NCBI GenBank assembly: GCA_030372985.1
Contig: JAUCQB010000201.1
Coordinates: forward strand, 1 to 24,000
Length of the DNA: 24,000 nt
DNA from: Phycisphaerae bacterium
GTDB lineage: Bacteria; Planctomycetota; Phycisphaerae; UBA1845; PWPN01
Reading direction: 5' to 3'
Positions 7,455 through 15,045 of the stretch are shown piece by piece (position 1 is the stretch's first letter; every line of letters begins with the position of its first letter). The position numbers were made by a program, and so were the translations under genes. The notes under the pieces were generated by a model. The model saw only the letters and a program-made list of their open reading frames with translations, searched no databases and was not told where the DNA came from.

Positions 7455-8678
7455 ATGCCCGCTGATGTCCTGGTAACCGGAATCGGAATCGTCTCACCTG
7501 CTGGAATCAGTCGTGAGCAGACATGGCGTACGCTGTTGGCCGATGGCAGGGCGGTTCATCGTCTGGAAGGGGGGTTCGGTCCGGGATTCGGACCGCTCTG
7601 CGCAGCGACGGTCGACGGCTTCAGCCCACCCGCAGGAACCGAGCATCTTAGCCGGGTCTCCCAACTGGCCGTGGCCGCCGCAGAAGAAGCCCTCATATCA
7701 GCAAGACTGGCGACCCAATCGGAAGGTGTGCGGATCGCGGCCTCCATCGGTACAAGCAAGCCTCTCGTAGATCTGCTCCTGCCGGGTCCCTGCGGTGTCG
7801 ACCAGGATGGCACGCTTCGCACCCGGCCGCCCTGCGGATGGTTCGATTTCCTGCCGGATGCTCCCGCTCGCACGATCTGCGCCCGCTTTGGACTTGCCCC
7901 TGCACATTCAACCGTGTGTGCCTGCTCAACAGGCCTGCACGCCATCATTCACGGCGCGGAAACGATTCAGAATGGCGAGGCCGACATCGTCCTGGCGGGT
8001 AGCGCCGACTCTTCGCTGTCGCCGCTGTGGCTGGCTGCCTATCGAAACATGGGCGTGCTGGCCCAGGAACATCCAGAACTGGGACCTGCCTGGGCTTGCC
8101 GGCCCTTTGACCGACATCGCAGCGGATTCGTCGTCGGCGAGGGCGCAGCCCTGGTGATTCTGGAGTCCCGCGATTCGGCCTCCCGGCGGGGCGTCTCACC
8201 TTGGGCGCGCATCCAGGGTTGGGCGATCGGCAGCGACCCCGCGGGCCTGGCCCAGGTTTCTGAGAATGGAACCCCCCTGGCCGAGGTCGTCCGATCCGCC
8301 CTCAACCATGGATCTGTCAGATCCCAGGATATCTCCTGCCTCTACGCCCACGGGACAGCCACGCCACAGAATGACCTTGCCGAGATGAACTGTTTTCGCC
8401 AGGTCTTCGGACGACACTTGACCTCCCTGCCAGTGGTCTCAACCAAGGGCGCCATCGGCCACCTCATGGGCGCCGCCGGGGCCGTCGAGACCGCGTTGGC
8501 CGTCCTGGCCGGCCAGAGCCGCAGAAGTCCCGGCACGGCCACACTCGTCGAGCCGGACCCCGAATTCGCCGGCCTCCGCCTGCCCGCCAGAACGTTCGAC
8601 CTTGCAGCAGGGGCGATCCTGAAGACCTCCTTGGGCTTCGGCGGCCACTTGGCGGCCATCGTGGTCAAAAGGCCATAA
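7455..8678 (+). CDS. Beta-ketoacyl-ACP synthase II-like (KAS I/II superfamily)
   Basis: VLVTGIGIVSPAG N-terminus, active-site VCACSTGLHAI, YAHGTATPQND, PVVSTKGAIGHLMGAAGAVETALAVLAG; 3 nt after bioB. Confidence 0.88.
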   Translation: MPADVLVTGIGIVSPAGISREQTWRTLLADGRAVHRLEGGFGPGFGPLCAATVDGFSPPAGTEHLSRVSQLAVAAAEEALISARLATQSEGVRIAASIGTSKPLVDLLLPGPCGVDQDGTLRTRPPCGWFDFLPDAPARTICARFGLAPAHSTVCACSTGLHAIIHGAETIQNGEADIVLAGSADSSLSPLWLAAYRNMGVLAQEHPELGPAWACRPFDRHRSGFVVGEGAALVILESRDSASRRGVSPWARIQGWAIGSDPAGLAQVSENGTPLAEVVRSALNHGSVRSQDISCLYAHGTATPQNDLAEMNCFRQVFGRHLTSLPVVSTKGAIGHLMGAAGAVETALAVLAGQSRRSPGTATLVEPDPEFAGLRLPARTFDLAAGAILKTSLGFGGHLAAIVVKRP

Positions 8679-8898
8679 AATGACCAAAAACCGCTGATTT
8701 CACGCCGTTTCGTGTTATCCAGCCCCCCCACCGCTCAACGCAACATAACCTGCCTTATCGGACGTTATGGCGGGGCGGCAAAGCCCACGGCGGCTCGCCC
8801 AAGCGGCCTACTCCTCCGCCGCTCCATCGAGCCTGCGAAGGCATGTCGCGGCCGTCATCCTGGACTCTGCCTGCTGCCGACCCGGCTTGTTGATGAGG

Positions 8899-10401
8899 TC
8901 AACGATTGGGCTCCAGGCACGGCCGGAGTCGCTTATCGTCGAAGAAGGCTTGGATGCCGCCAGGTTTACGCAGGTCGTCGAATGTGTACACCTTGCCGGC
9001 CAGCGGCTCAGGCTGCAGGCTGCGGCGAGCGAACAGGCCGAGAACAATCTCCATCATCCTGGTGTTGCAGCCGCTGGTGCCGACGATGCCGGCGTTGCCG
9101 TAGTGCCAGACGCCGCTTTCAAGGGTGCACGGGCCGCGGGTGCCGGCAAAGGCCAGGATCCGGCCGCCGGTAGGCACGAGCAGAACGTGGCAATCGGCAA
9201 CGGTGGGCGGCCCGCCGGCCGCGAGGATCACGTCGTCAAAACCTTGGAACGGCTTGCCGAAGCGAGTCTGGCAGGATGGGGCGTATTGTGCGGCCACGGC
9301 TTCGCGCATCCGGTCATTTTTGCAGATGACCGTCTGGATGGGGCGGTCACAGAGGATCGACCGAACCAGGTCAGCCTTGGCCTGGCTGCGAACGATGAAC
9401 ACCACCTCGCGGGCCCTGCCCATGCGAAGAAGCGGATCATCGAGAGTAGCCAGTTGCCCGGCCATCAGGGCCATCGAACCGCTGCCGATGACGCATGCGA
9501 GGCCGCCCTGCCGACAGCCCTTGACCAGGATCGATCCCTGGGCGTCCTGGCCTACCTCGTGCGTGCTTTTCTGGAAGCAATCAAGCAAACAGGCGGTCGG
9601 CTCGGCGAGGGCGGCCGCTTGGGGTGACACCCCCGCCGGAACGCGGATGATGGAGCCGCTGCAGATCATCTCGGGCGTCAGGCGAACGAGGGCCGCGTAG
9701 GCGCCGCCCTGATTCATCGCCAAGTCGGTGATGTTGCCGCCGAGAAGCTGCACGCCGCGAGCTTCAGGCATGCCGGCCGGCGGTGGATCGTAGTACGCAA
9801 CCCGGCTCTGCAGGACACATTTCTCGCCGGGCTGGAAATCGAGGTACTCGTGGCTCAGCTCCACGCCATCCAGGTAGCCGATGCCTCGTTTCAGCTCCCG
9901 AACCCGTGACCCGACGCGCTCGATGGTGACGACCGTCTCGTGCCCGAGAATGCGACCCCAATACAGGCGCATCATCGAAGGCAGAGTCTTCCTCTGATCC
10001 TCCGGCAGGGCGGCAATTTGCCCGGCAAGCTCGCGGTAAAGAGGATCTTTCACATCGGAGCGAGGCTGCCCCCCCATCGCCAGGTCCGCGTAGTCGGTGA
10101 AGGGCACCGGCCCGGCCGGTTCCTTGCATCGAAAGATCCCTTTCAGCTCGTCCAGGAGCGACTCCTCGCACTGATCGGGCCGCCCGTCCCGGAAGATCTT
10201 CACGTCGGTACCGCATCGGTGAACCCGGTCCACGCGGGCGATGATATCCTGGTCCGTGCACACAATTGGCCGGTTGTCGATGACCGCCTTGTGCTCTTTG
10301 CCAAAATACACCAGGGAGGTCATCGTGGACGACCATTCGATGGGGCGCCCGTCGCGCCGCCCCCCTACCGTCGTTTCCGGCCAATGCGGTGTGAACGCCA
10401 C
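8899..10401 (-). CDS. Atypical medium-chain dehydrogenase/reductase (alcohol/sugar dehydrogenase-like), GTG start
   Basis: RCGTDVKIFRDG, ILGHETVVTIERVG, AALAEPTACLLDCF, CVIGSGSMALMAGQLA; upstream GGGGG and GTG at 10401. Confidence 0.78.
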   Translation of the reverse strand: MAFTPHWPETTVGGRRDGRPIEWSSTMTSLVYFGKEHKAVIDNRPIVCTDQDIIARVDRVHRCGTDVKIFRDGRPDQCEESLLDELKGIFRCKEPAGPVPFTDYADLAMGGQPRSDVKDPLYRELAGQIAALPEDQRKTLPSMMRLYWGRILGHETVVTIERVGSRVRELKRGIGYLDGVELSHEYLDFQPGEKCVLQSRVAYYDPPPAGMPEARGVQLLGGNITDLAMNQGGAYAALVRLTPEMICSGSIIRVPAGVSPQAAALAEPTACLLDCFQKSTHEVGQDAQGSILVKGCRQGGLACVIGSGSMALMAGQLATLDDPLLRMGRAREVVFIVRSQAKADLVRSILCDRPIQTVICKNDRMREAVAAQYAPSCQTRFGKPFQGFDDVILAAGGPPTVADCHVLLVPTGGRILAFAGTRGPCTLESGVWHYGNAGIVGTSGCNTRMMEIVLGLFARRSLQPEPLAGKVYTFDDLRKPGGIQAFFDDKRLRPCLEPNR

Positions 10402-10410
10402 GATACCCCC

Positions 10411-11439
10411 CTACCCGCCAAGCCTGGCGTATCCCAGAGTCGTCAGCATCTCCTGGCAGACCTCGGCCACGTGCCGCCGGCGGATGTCGTGGAAATACGA
10501 CTCGCTGTTGATCCAAAGGTTCTTGTCCTTCTCAGCGACATCCGCGTGCTTGCGGAGAAGTCCGGCGATCTTGTTGCCGGCTCCAACGGCCATGGCGGTG
10601 TAGAAATTGACCTTCACAATCCCGTCGGCCGGCGTTGTCCCTACCTTGCCGCCCAGGCAGCTCGATCCGTGAAGCGACATGATCGCACCGACCCGGTCCC
10701 GAATCGCCTGGGCCAGGTCCCGCTCATATCGGCGCTCCGCGGCGCCCACTCCCACACTGCGGTGTTCCGTGCCCAGGTTGGGCACGATCAGGTCGACGCC
10801 TGTTTTCTCGACGAATTCCGCCACCTTGTCCGGCTTGGAGAGCTGGTCCTCGCGTGAAAGCTTGAGCCGCATGATGTCCTTCGGGTCGTAGATCTTGTCC
10901 GAGGCCCCTTCGATCACCACCCGGCTGCCGAATTTCCGAACATAGTCGCGGACATGGCGGATGTTCTCGTCGTAGTCATACTTGCTGGCGTCGTACATGA
11001 TCATGGACATGCGATCGACCACACGAGGATCGTGCAGCAAGGCCAGATCGTCCTTGTCCGGCACCCACCCATGGTCGATGAACGGCATCACCCGCACGGC
11101 CGGGCACGTGTCCAACAGGTCCTCATAGACCCCCAGTGTCCGCAGCCAGATCTCGCAGCCCTCGCGGACGTTTCCACCGGCCAGACCGGAGACGTTCTCG
11201 GCAATGCGGCAACCTAACGAGACCTTCCGGAACTGCGGGTTGTCCGCGTACATCGAGGTCATGCCGACGGCGATCGGGAGGTCGGCAATCCTGTGGGTCT
11301 CCGCGAACGTTTGTGCCCCGATCAGCAGCCCTTCGATCTCAGCGGGCTGCTCGCCGTTCGGGGCAAACAAGGCCACTTCCGCCTTGCGGCAGCGGTCCAG
11401 GATGGCCAGGGTTTCTGAGCGGTCGGTAACCAGTCGCAC
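10411..11439 (-). CDS. Class II fructose-bisphosphate/ketose-bisphosphate aldolase family protein (divergent)
   Basis: VRVMPFIDHG, SMIMYDASKYDYDENI, LIVPNLGTEHRSVG, MSLHGSSCLGG, GIVKVNFYTAMAVG. Confidence 0.8.
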   Translation of the reverse strand: MRLVTDRSETLAILDRCRKAEVALFAPNGEQPAEIEGLLIGAQTFAETHRIADLPIAVGMTSMYADNPQFRKVSLGCRIAENVSGLAGGNVREGCEIWLRTLGVYEDLLDTCPAVRVMPFIDHGWVPDKDDLALLHDPRVVDRMSMIMYDASKYDYDENIRHVRDYVRKFGSRVVIEGASDKIYDPKDIMRLKLSREDQLSKPDKVAEFVEKTGVDLIVPNLGTEHRSVGVGAAERRYERDLAQAIRDRVGAIMSLHGSSCLGGKVGTTPADGIVKVNFYTAMAVGAGNKIAGLLRKHADVAEKDKNLWINSESYFHDIRRRHVAEVCQEMLTTLGYARLGG

Positions 11440-11477
11440 GGTTCATTCTCCAGAGCCGGGAACAATGGAAGGCAACG

Positions 11478-11505
11478 ATTATAGAGAAACAGGCCGGCGA
11501 GCCAA
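11478..11505 (-). promoter_or_regulatory. Putative minus-strand promoter TTGGCT-N16-TATAAT upstream of the aldolase gene
   Basis: Reverse complement of 11478-11483 is TATAAT; of 11500-11505 is TTGGCT; 16 bp spacer. Confidence 0.55.
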
Positions 11506-11515
11506 GCAGCGGACA

Positions 11516-11836
11516 TCAATCGTCCGCCTCGGGCAGATATCGATACAGGAGTGCAACGCGACCCGTCCTCTGGACAAGATGACAGGGAACGGAGACGGCC
11601 AGGGCGGTGGCCATTTGTTGCGCGTCGTCCCGATCGTCGACATCGATTCGCACCTTGAGTAAATCGGCGTGCTCGAAACACTGCCGGATATGAGCTGCAA
11701 ACGCCTCAGTGAGGCCTTCACGCCCCAATGTCAACCGGGCCTTCAGCTTGTGGCCGCGGACCAACAGCCCGCGACGAACCTGAGGCGTTGGCGCCGGGCC
11801 CGGGTCGGAACCAGAGGATTCGATTGCCGAAGTCAT
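11516..11836 (-). CDS. yhbY: YhbY/CRS1-CRM domain RNA-binding protein
   Basis: LLVRGHKLKARLTLGREGLTEAFAAHIRQCFEHADLLKVRIDV...LVQRTGRVALLYRY; start placed at MTSAIESSGSD inside the longer ORF 11516..12082. Confidence 0.82.
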   Translation of the reverse strand: MTSAIESSGSDPGPAPTPQVRRGLLVRGHKLKARLTLGREGLTEAFAAHIRQCFEHADLLKVRIDVDDRDDAQQMATALAVSVPCHLVQRTGRVALLYRYLPEADD

Positions 11837-12069
11837 GATCCCACGATACAGCCTCGCGTCGCGGACGACAACATGACGGCGGCCGGCAGAAAGCATATCG
11901 GGGCGCGACCGCCCCAGCGGACGGCGAAACCCGGGACCGGCTCGTCGATCAGGCTCTCGCCGGGAGGGCAGCCGCCCGGGAAGCCTCGACCGACGGACCG
12001 GGCCGATCATCGGTCCTTGTGTCGGCTGCCTGATACGTCGCCCGCCAACCTGCGGCATCCGACATCCTG

Positions 12070-12098
12070 TTGCCTGGCACACGATTCACGCATAAAAT
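12070..12098 (+). promoter_or_regulatory. Putative promoter TTGCCT-N17-TAAAAT upstream of frr
   Basis: Near-consensus hexamers with 17 bp spacing, about 50 nt before the frr start. Confidence 0.6.
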
Positions 12099-12149
12099 GG
12101 CGGCTCGCAAAACACGTTGGAGACTGTTGAGACTCTGGAGCAATGACAC

Positions 12150-12716
12150 ATGCCGGTGGACGAGATCGAATTTGAGTGTGAAGAGTCAATGGAGAAGGCG
12201 GTTGAGTTCCTTCGTCAGGAGCTCAGGACAGTGCGGACGGGGCGGGCTTCTCCGGGTCTGGTGGAACACCTCAAGGTCACTGTGGAGTCCTATGGTTCAA
12301 CGATGGAACTGCGCGAACTGGCGAGCATCTCCGTCCCCGAGAACAACCAGTTGCTTCTCAAGCCTTTCGATCCGGGCACGCTCAAGGATATCGAACGAGC
12401 GATACGCGGCTCCGAACTGGGCATCACCCCGATGAGCGACGGCAAGATCATCCGCCTGCCCGTGCCCCCGCTTTCGGGGGAACGGCGGCAACAACTGCTG
12501 ACACAGGTTCGCAAGCTGGGCGAGGCGCAGAAGGTTGCCATCCGTAACGTTCGCAGGGACGGCAACAAGAACCTCGATGCGGAGGAGAAGAGTAAGGTGA
12601 TATCCGAGGACGATGCCGAGGCCTCCAAGGAGCGAATCCAGGAGTTGACCAAGAAGTATGAATTGCAGGTCGACGCCCTCGTTGCCGCCAAGGCCAAAGA
12701 GATCGAACAAGGCTGA
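12150..12716 (+). CDS. frr: Ribosome recycling factor
   Basis: FLRQELRTVRTGRASPGLVEHLKVTVESYG, LPVPPLSGERRQQLLTQVRKLGEAQKVAIRNVRRDGNK, DDAEASKERIQELTKKYELQVD. Confidence 0.96.
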   Translation: MPVDEIEFECEESMEKAVEFLRQELRTVRTGRASPGLVEHLKVTVESYGSTMELRELASISVPENNQLLLKPFDPGTLKDIERAIRGSELGITPMSDGKIIRLPVPPLSGERRQQLLTQVRKLGEAQKVAIRNVRRDGNKNLDAEEKSKVISEDDAEASKERIQELTKKYELQVDALVAAKAKEIEQG

Positions 12717-12763
12717 GCCCGCCGGCGGGCCTCCATCGACAGCAACCCGACGATGGCCATACC

Positions 12764-14236
12764 ATGCCAAGGATGGTGCGAGCACGTTTTGAGGATCCCG
12801 AATCCAGCCTGCCGCCCGGCAAGGCACAGCAGCCGGGCGATGCTTCGTCTCTTCCGGCGCCCCTGCTTCAGCACCCTGCCGTGGGCGGGAGCATCGTACT
12901 GGTCGCGGCCGCCGGTATGCAGATGGTCGTATGGCTTGTGGGGCTGCGTCTGCCGACACCTCGACCAGTGCCTCCCTCCAGCCTCGTCGCCCACGGCTTG
13001 CTGTACGACCTGATCGGTGAAGCCCTCGCAGGCCACGGCATGGAGGCCACGGAGGTCACCTCGATTCTCTTTGTCGCTAACCTGCTGCTGGCCATGCTCT
13101 CGGGGATTGCCTGGTATGGTATCGGTCGACTGGGGCTCGGACCGAAATGGGGGCTGTGGGTCGGCCTTTTCTGGGTGGTGCATCCATCCTTCTCGTTTCT
13201 GGCGAACCAGGCCGACCAACTCAACGCGATGATCGCCCTTGTCGCCGCGGCGTGGTGCGTCCTGTTGTGGTGGCGACGATCGCGAAGGGCCGGCGCGGCT
13301 GTGCTCCTGGGTCTACTGGCGGCTTTGATCCTGACCATCGGCCCTCAATCGCTCATTTTCCTGGCGATCGCACTTCTGGCGATGCTGTTCTCGACACGGG
13401 GAGCCAACGGCGGCAGAGCTGCCGGTGCGTTTGTTGCTCTGACGGCCTTCCTGGTCGGGACGACGCTTCTCGCTGCGGCCGTCGCGCTGCCGCGATTATC
13501 CAGAGCACTGACGGAAAGCCCCGACAAGAACGAAGTTACTCCATCGCATTCTCAATCTCCCCCGGCATGGCCTCACACCGCCTGCCGGCTTGCGGCAGGC
13601 GTGCCGCAGCCGCAAGACGCTCTCCGACTTCGGATGGTCCTCCGATTCTTCCTGATCCGAGATCGGCTTCTGGACGATCTGACGCGAATCACCGCACGGA
13701 TTGACGCCGATCTTTGGAGCACGCTGGATGACGCCAGCGGCTCACACATCGCCGACGCCGCCGTAATCGCTTCGCCGCTTGGGACCGCATCTCGCCCCCC
13801 CGCCGCGAGATTCCTCATTGAACAGTGCCGGGTGGCTCCCGCTCAAACCCTCGCGTGGCTGGGCGAGCGCATGTGGAAGTCAGTCTACGCCACGAGACAC
13901 CGCCGGGTTCACTACCCGTTCATCCTTCTCCAGTTTCTCTGGTCGATCCCGGCCTTCTGGGGCCTCTGGATCGCTGTCCGGTATCGCCCCTGGCGATGGC
14001 TGGCCCTGACTGGAGGCTTGTTCTCCTGTTGCCAGTGGGTTCTGGTGGCGGTGGCCGATCCGCTCGCCCGGAACCTGGTGCCAGTTGGCGGCTTTGTCGT
14101 GCTGTTCGCCCTGGTGGGGATAACCGATGTTTACGAGCGGTTTTTCGGCCGCCGATTGACCGCTCCCGCTCCGGCATCGCGACCAGCCAGACTGAAGCGT
14201 ATTCAGCGGAATCTCAATGGCGGTACCGGCGACTAG
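12764..14236 (+). CDS. Polytopic membrane protein, possibly glycosyltransferase family 39/ArnT-like
   Basis: 490 aa ORF with multiple hydrophobic segments and terminal WSIPAFWGLWIAVRYRPWRWLALTGGLFSCCQWVLVAVADPLARNLVPVGGFVVLFALVGI; family call is weak. Confidence 0.6.
   Translation: MPRMVRARFEDPESSLPPGKAQQPGDASSLPAPLLQHPAVGGSIVLVAAAGMQMVVWLVGLRLPTPRPVPPSSLVAHGLLYDLIGEALAGHGMEATEVTSILFVANLLLAMLSGIAWYGIGRLGLGPKWGLWVGLFWVVHPSFSFLANQADQLNAMIALVAAAWCVLLWWRRSRRAGAAVLLGLLAALILTIGPQSLIFLAIALLAMLFSTRGANGGRAAGAFVALTAFLVGTTLLAAAVALPRLSRALTESPDKNEVTPSHSQSPPAWPHTACRLAAGVPQPQDALRLRMVLRFFLIRDRLLDDLTRITARIDADLWSTLDDASGSHIADAAVIASPLGTASRPPAARFLIEQCRVAPAQTLAWLGERMWKSVYATRHRRVHYPFILLQFLWSIPAFWGLWIAVRYRPWRWLALTGGLFSCCQWVLVAVADPLARNLVPVGGFVVLFALVGITDVYERFFGRRLTAPAPASRPARLKRIQRNLNGGTGD
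13579..13601. repeat. Perfect 9-bp inverted repeat CGCCTGCCG-GCTTG-CGGCAGGCG inside the membrane protein ORF (REP-like hairpin candidate)
   Basis: Perfect complementarity of both 9-nt arms with a 5-nt loop. Confidence 0.6.
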
Positions 14237-14274
14237 GTGGCCGGGCAGTCAACAAGTGCTGGCGCAAGCCGCTG

Positions 14275-14303
14275 TTGCAGGGGCGGGCGATTCGCCGTAT
14301 AAT
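14275..14303 (+). promoter_or_regulatory. Strong putative sigma70 promoter TTGCAG-N17-TATAAT
   Basis: Perfect -10, 4/6 -35, optimal 17 bp spacer containing GGCGATTCGCC dyad. Confidence 0.7.
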
Positions 14304-14320
14304 GCAGACAATCGTTGCAT

Positions 14321-14367
14321 GCAGGGCTGGCCACGGCCGGGTCCCTGCTTTATGGGACTCGGGCCGT
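14321..14367 (+). promoter_or_regulatory. Structured 5' leader with two mutually exclusive hairpins upstream of the HNH gene
   Basis: Structure 1: GCAGGG (14321-14326) with CCCTGC (14343-14348). Structure 2: ACGGCC-GG-GTCCC (14333-14345) with GGGAC-TC-(G)-GGCCGT (14354-14367). AGGAGG follows at 14371-14376. Confidence 0.4.
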
Positions 14368-14396
14368 AGAAGGAGGGTGTTGCCTTCCCCACGGCG

Positions 14397-15041
14397 ATCT
14401 CAACGAGTGCTGTTCTCGACCCCGCTTCAGGCCTGAGTCATCATGTCCTCATCCTGAACCGCCACTATATGCCCATTCGGGTGACAACCGCGAAGCGGGC
14501 ATTCTCGCTGCTCTATCGCAATCTGGCCGAAGTGGTTCACGTCGAGGAGGACCAGTATCTCTCCTACGACTTCGAGAGCTGGCGGGAGGTCAGCCAGCTC
14601 AAGCAGCGTTTTGAGCCGGAGCGCCACGATTGGGTGCGAACGGTCCGTTTCAGCCTGGTCGTGCCGCGGATCATTCGGCTCGTGTTCTATGACCGCCTGC
14701 CCCGACGGGGGGTAAAGTTCAACCGCCGCAACATCTTCGCCCGGGACAACAACTGCTGCCAGTATTGCGGCCGGAAGTTCCCGACCACCGAGTTAAGCCT
14801 CGATCACATCATCCCCCGCAGCCAGGGCGGTACCACCAACTGGGAGAACGTCGTCTGCGCCTGTCTCAGGTGCAACATTCAGAAAGGCGGCCGAACCCCC
14901 GAACAGGCCCACCTCAGACTGATCGCCAGACCGGTAAAGCCCCGTCGCAGTCCGGTTCTCAATCTCAAGTTGTCACACGACAAGTATCGCTCCTGGAAGC
15001 AGTTCCTCGACCATGCTTACTGGAATGTCGAGCTGAAGTAA
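14397..15041 (+). CDS. HNH endonuclease family protein (start codon uncertain, possible ATC; first ATG at 14469)
   Basis: CQYCGRKFPTTELSLDHIIPRSQGGTTNWENVVCACLRCNIQKGGRTPEQA; upstream in-frame STSAVLDPASGLSHHVLILNRHYMPIRVTT looks like authentic family N-terminus. Confidence 0.85.
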   Translation: MSTSAVLDPASGLSHHVLILNRHYMPIRVTTAKRAFSLLYRNLAEVVHVEEDQYLSYDFESWREVSQLKQRFEPERHDWVRTVRFSLVVPRIIRLVFYDRLPRRGVKFNRRNIFARDNNCCQYCGRKFPTTELSLDHIIPRSQGGTTNWENVVCACLRCNIQKGGRTPEQAHLRLIARPVKPRRSPVLNLKLSHDKYRSWKQFLDHAYWNVELK

Positions 15042-15045
15042 ACTC

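Noticed and set aside
8679-8898. Intergenic region between the ketosynthase and the dehydrogenase, examined for tRNA, ncRNA or terminator
   Set aside because: Convergent gene ends but no convincing hairpin plus T-tract or cloverleaf seen by eye.
12465-12480. CCCCCG-CTTT-CGGGGG hairpin within frr
   Set aside because: Lies in the conserved LPVPPLSGERR segment of RRF, so best explained by codon usage; no T-tract.
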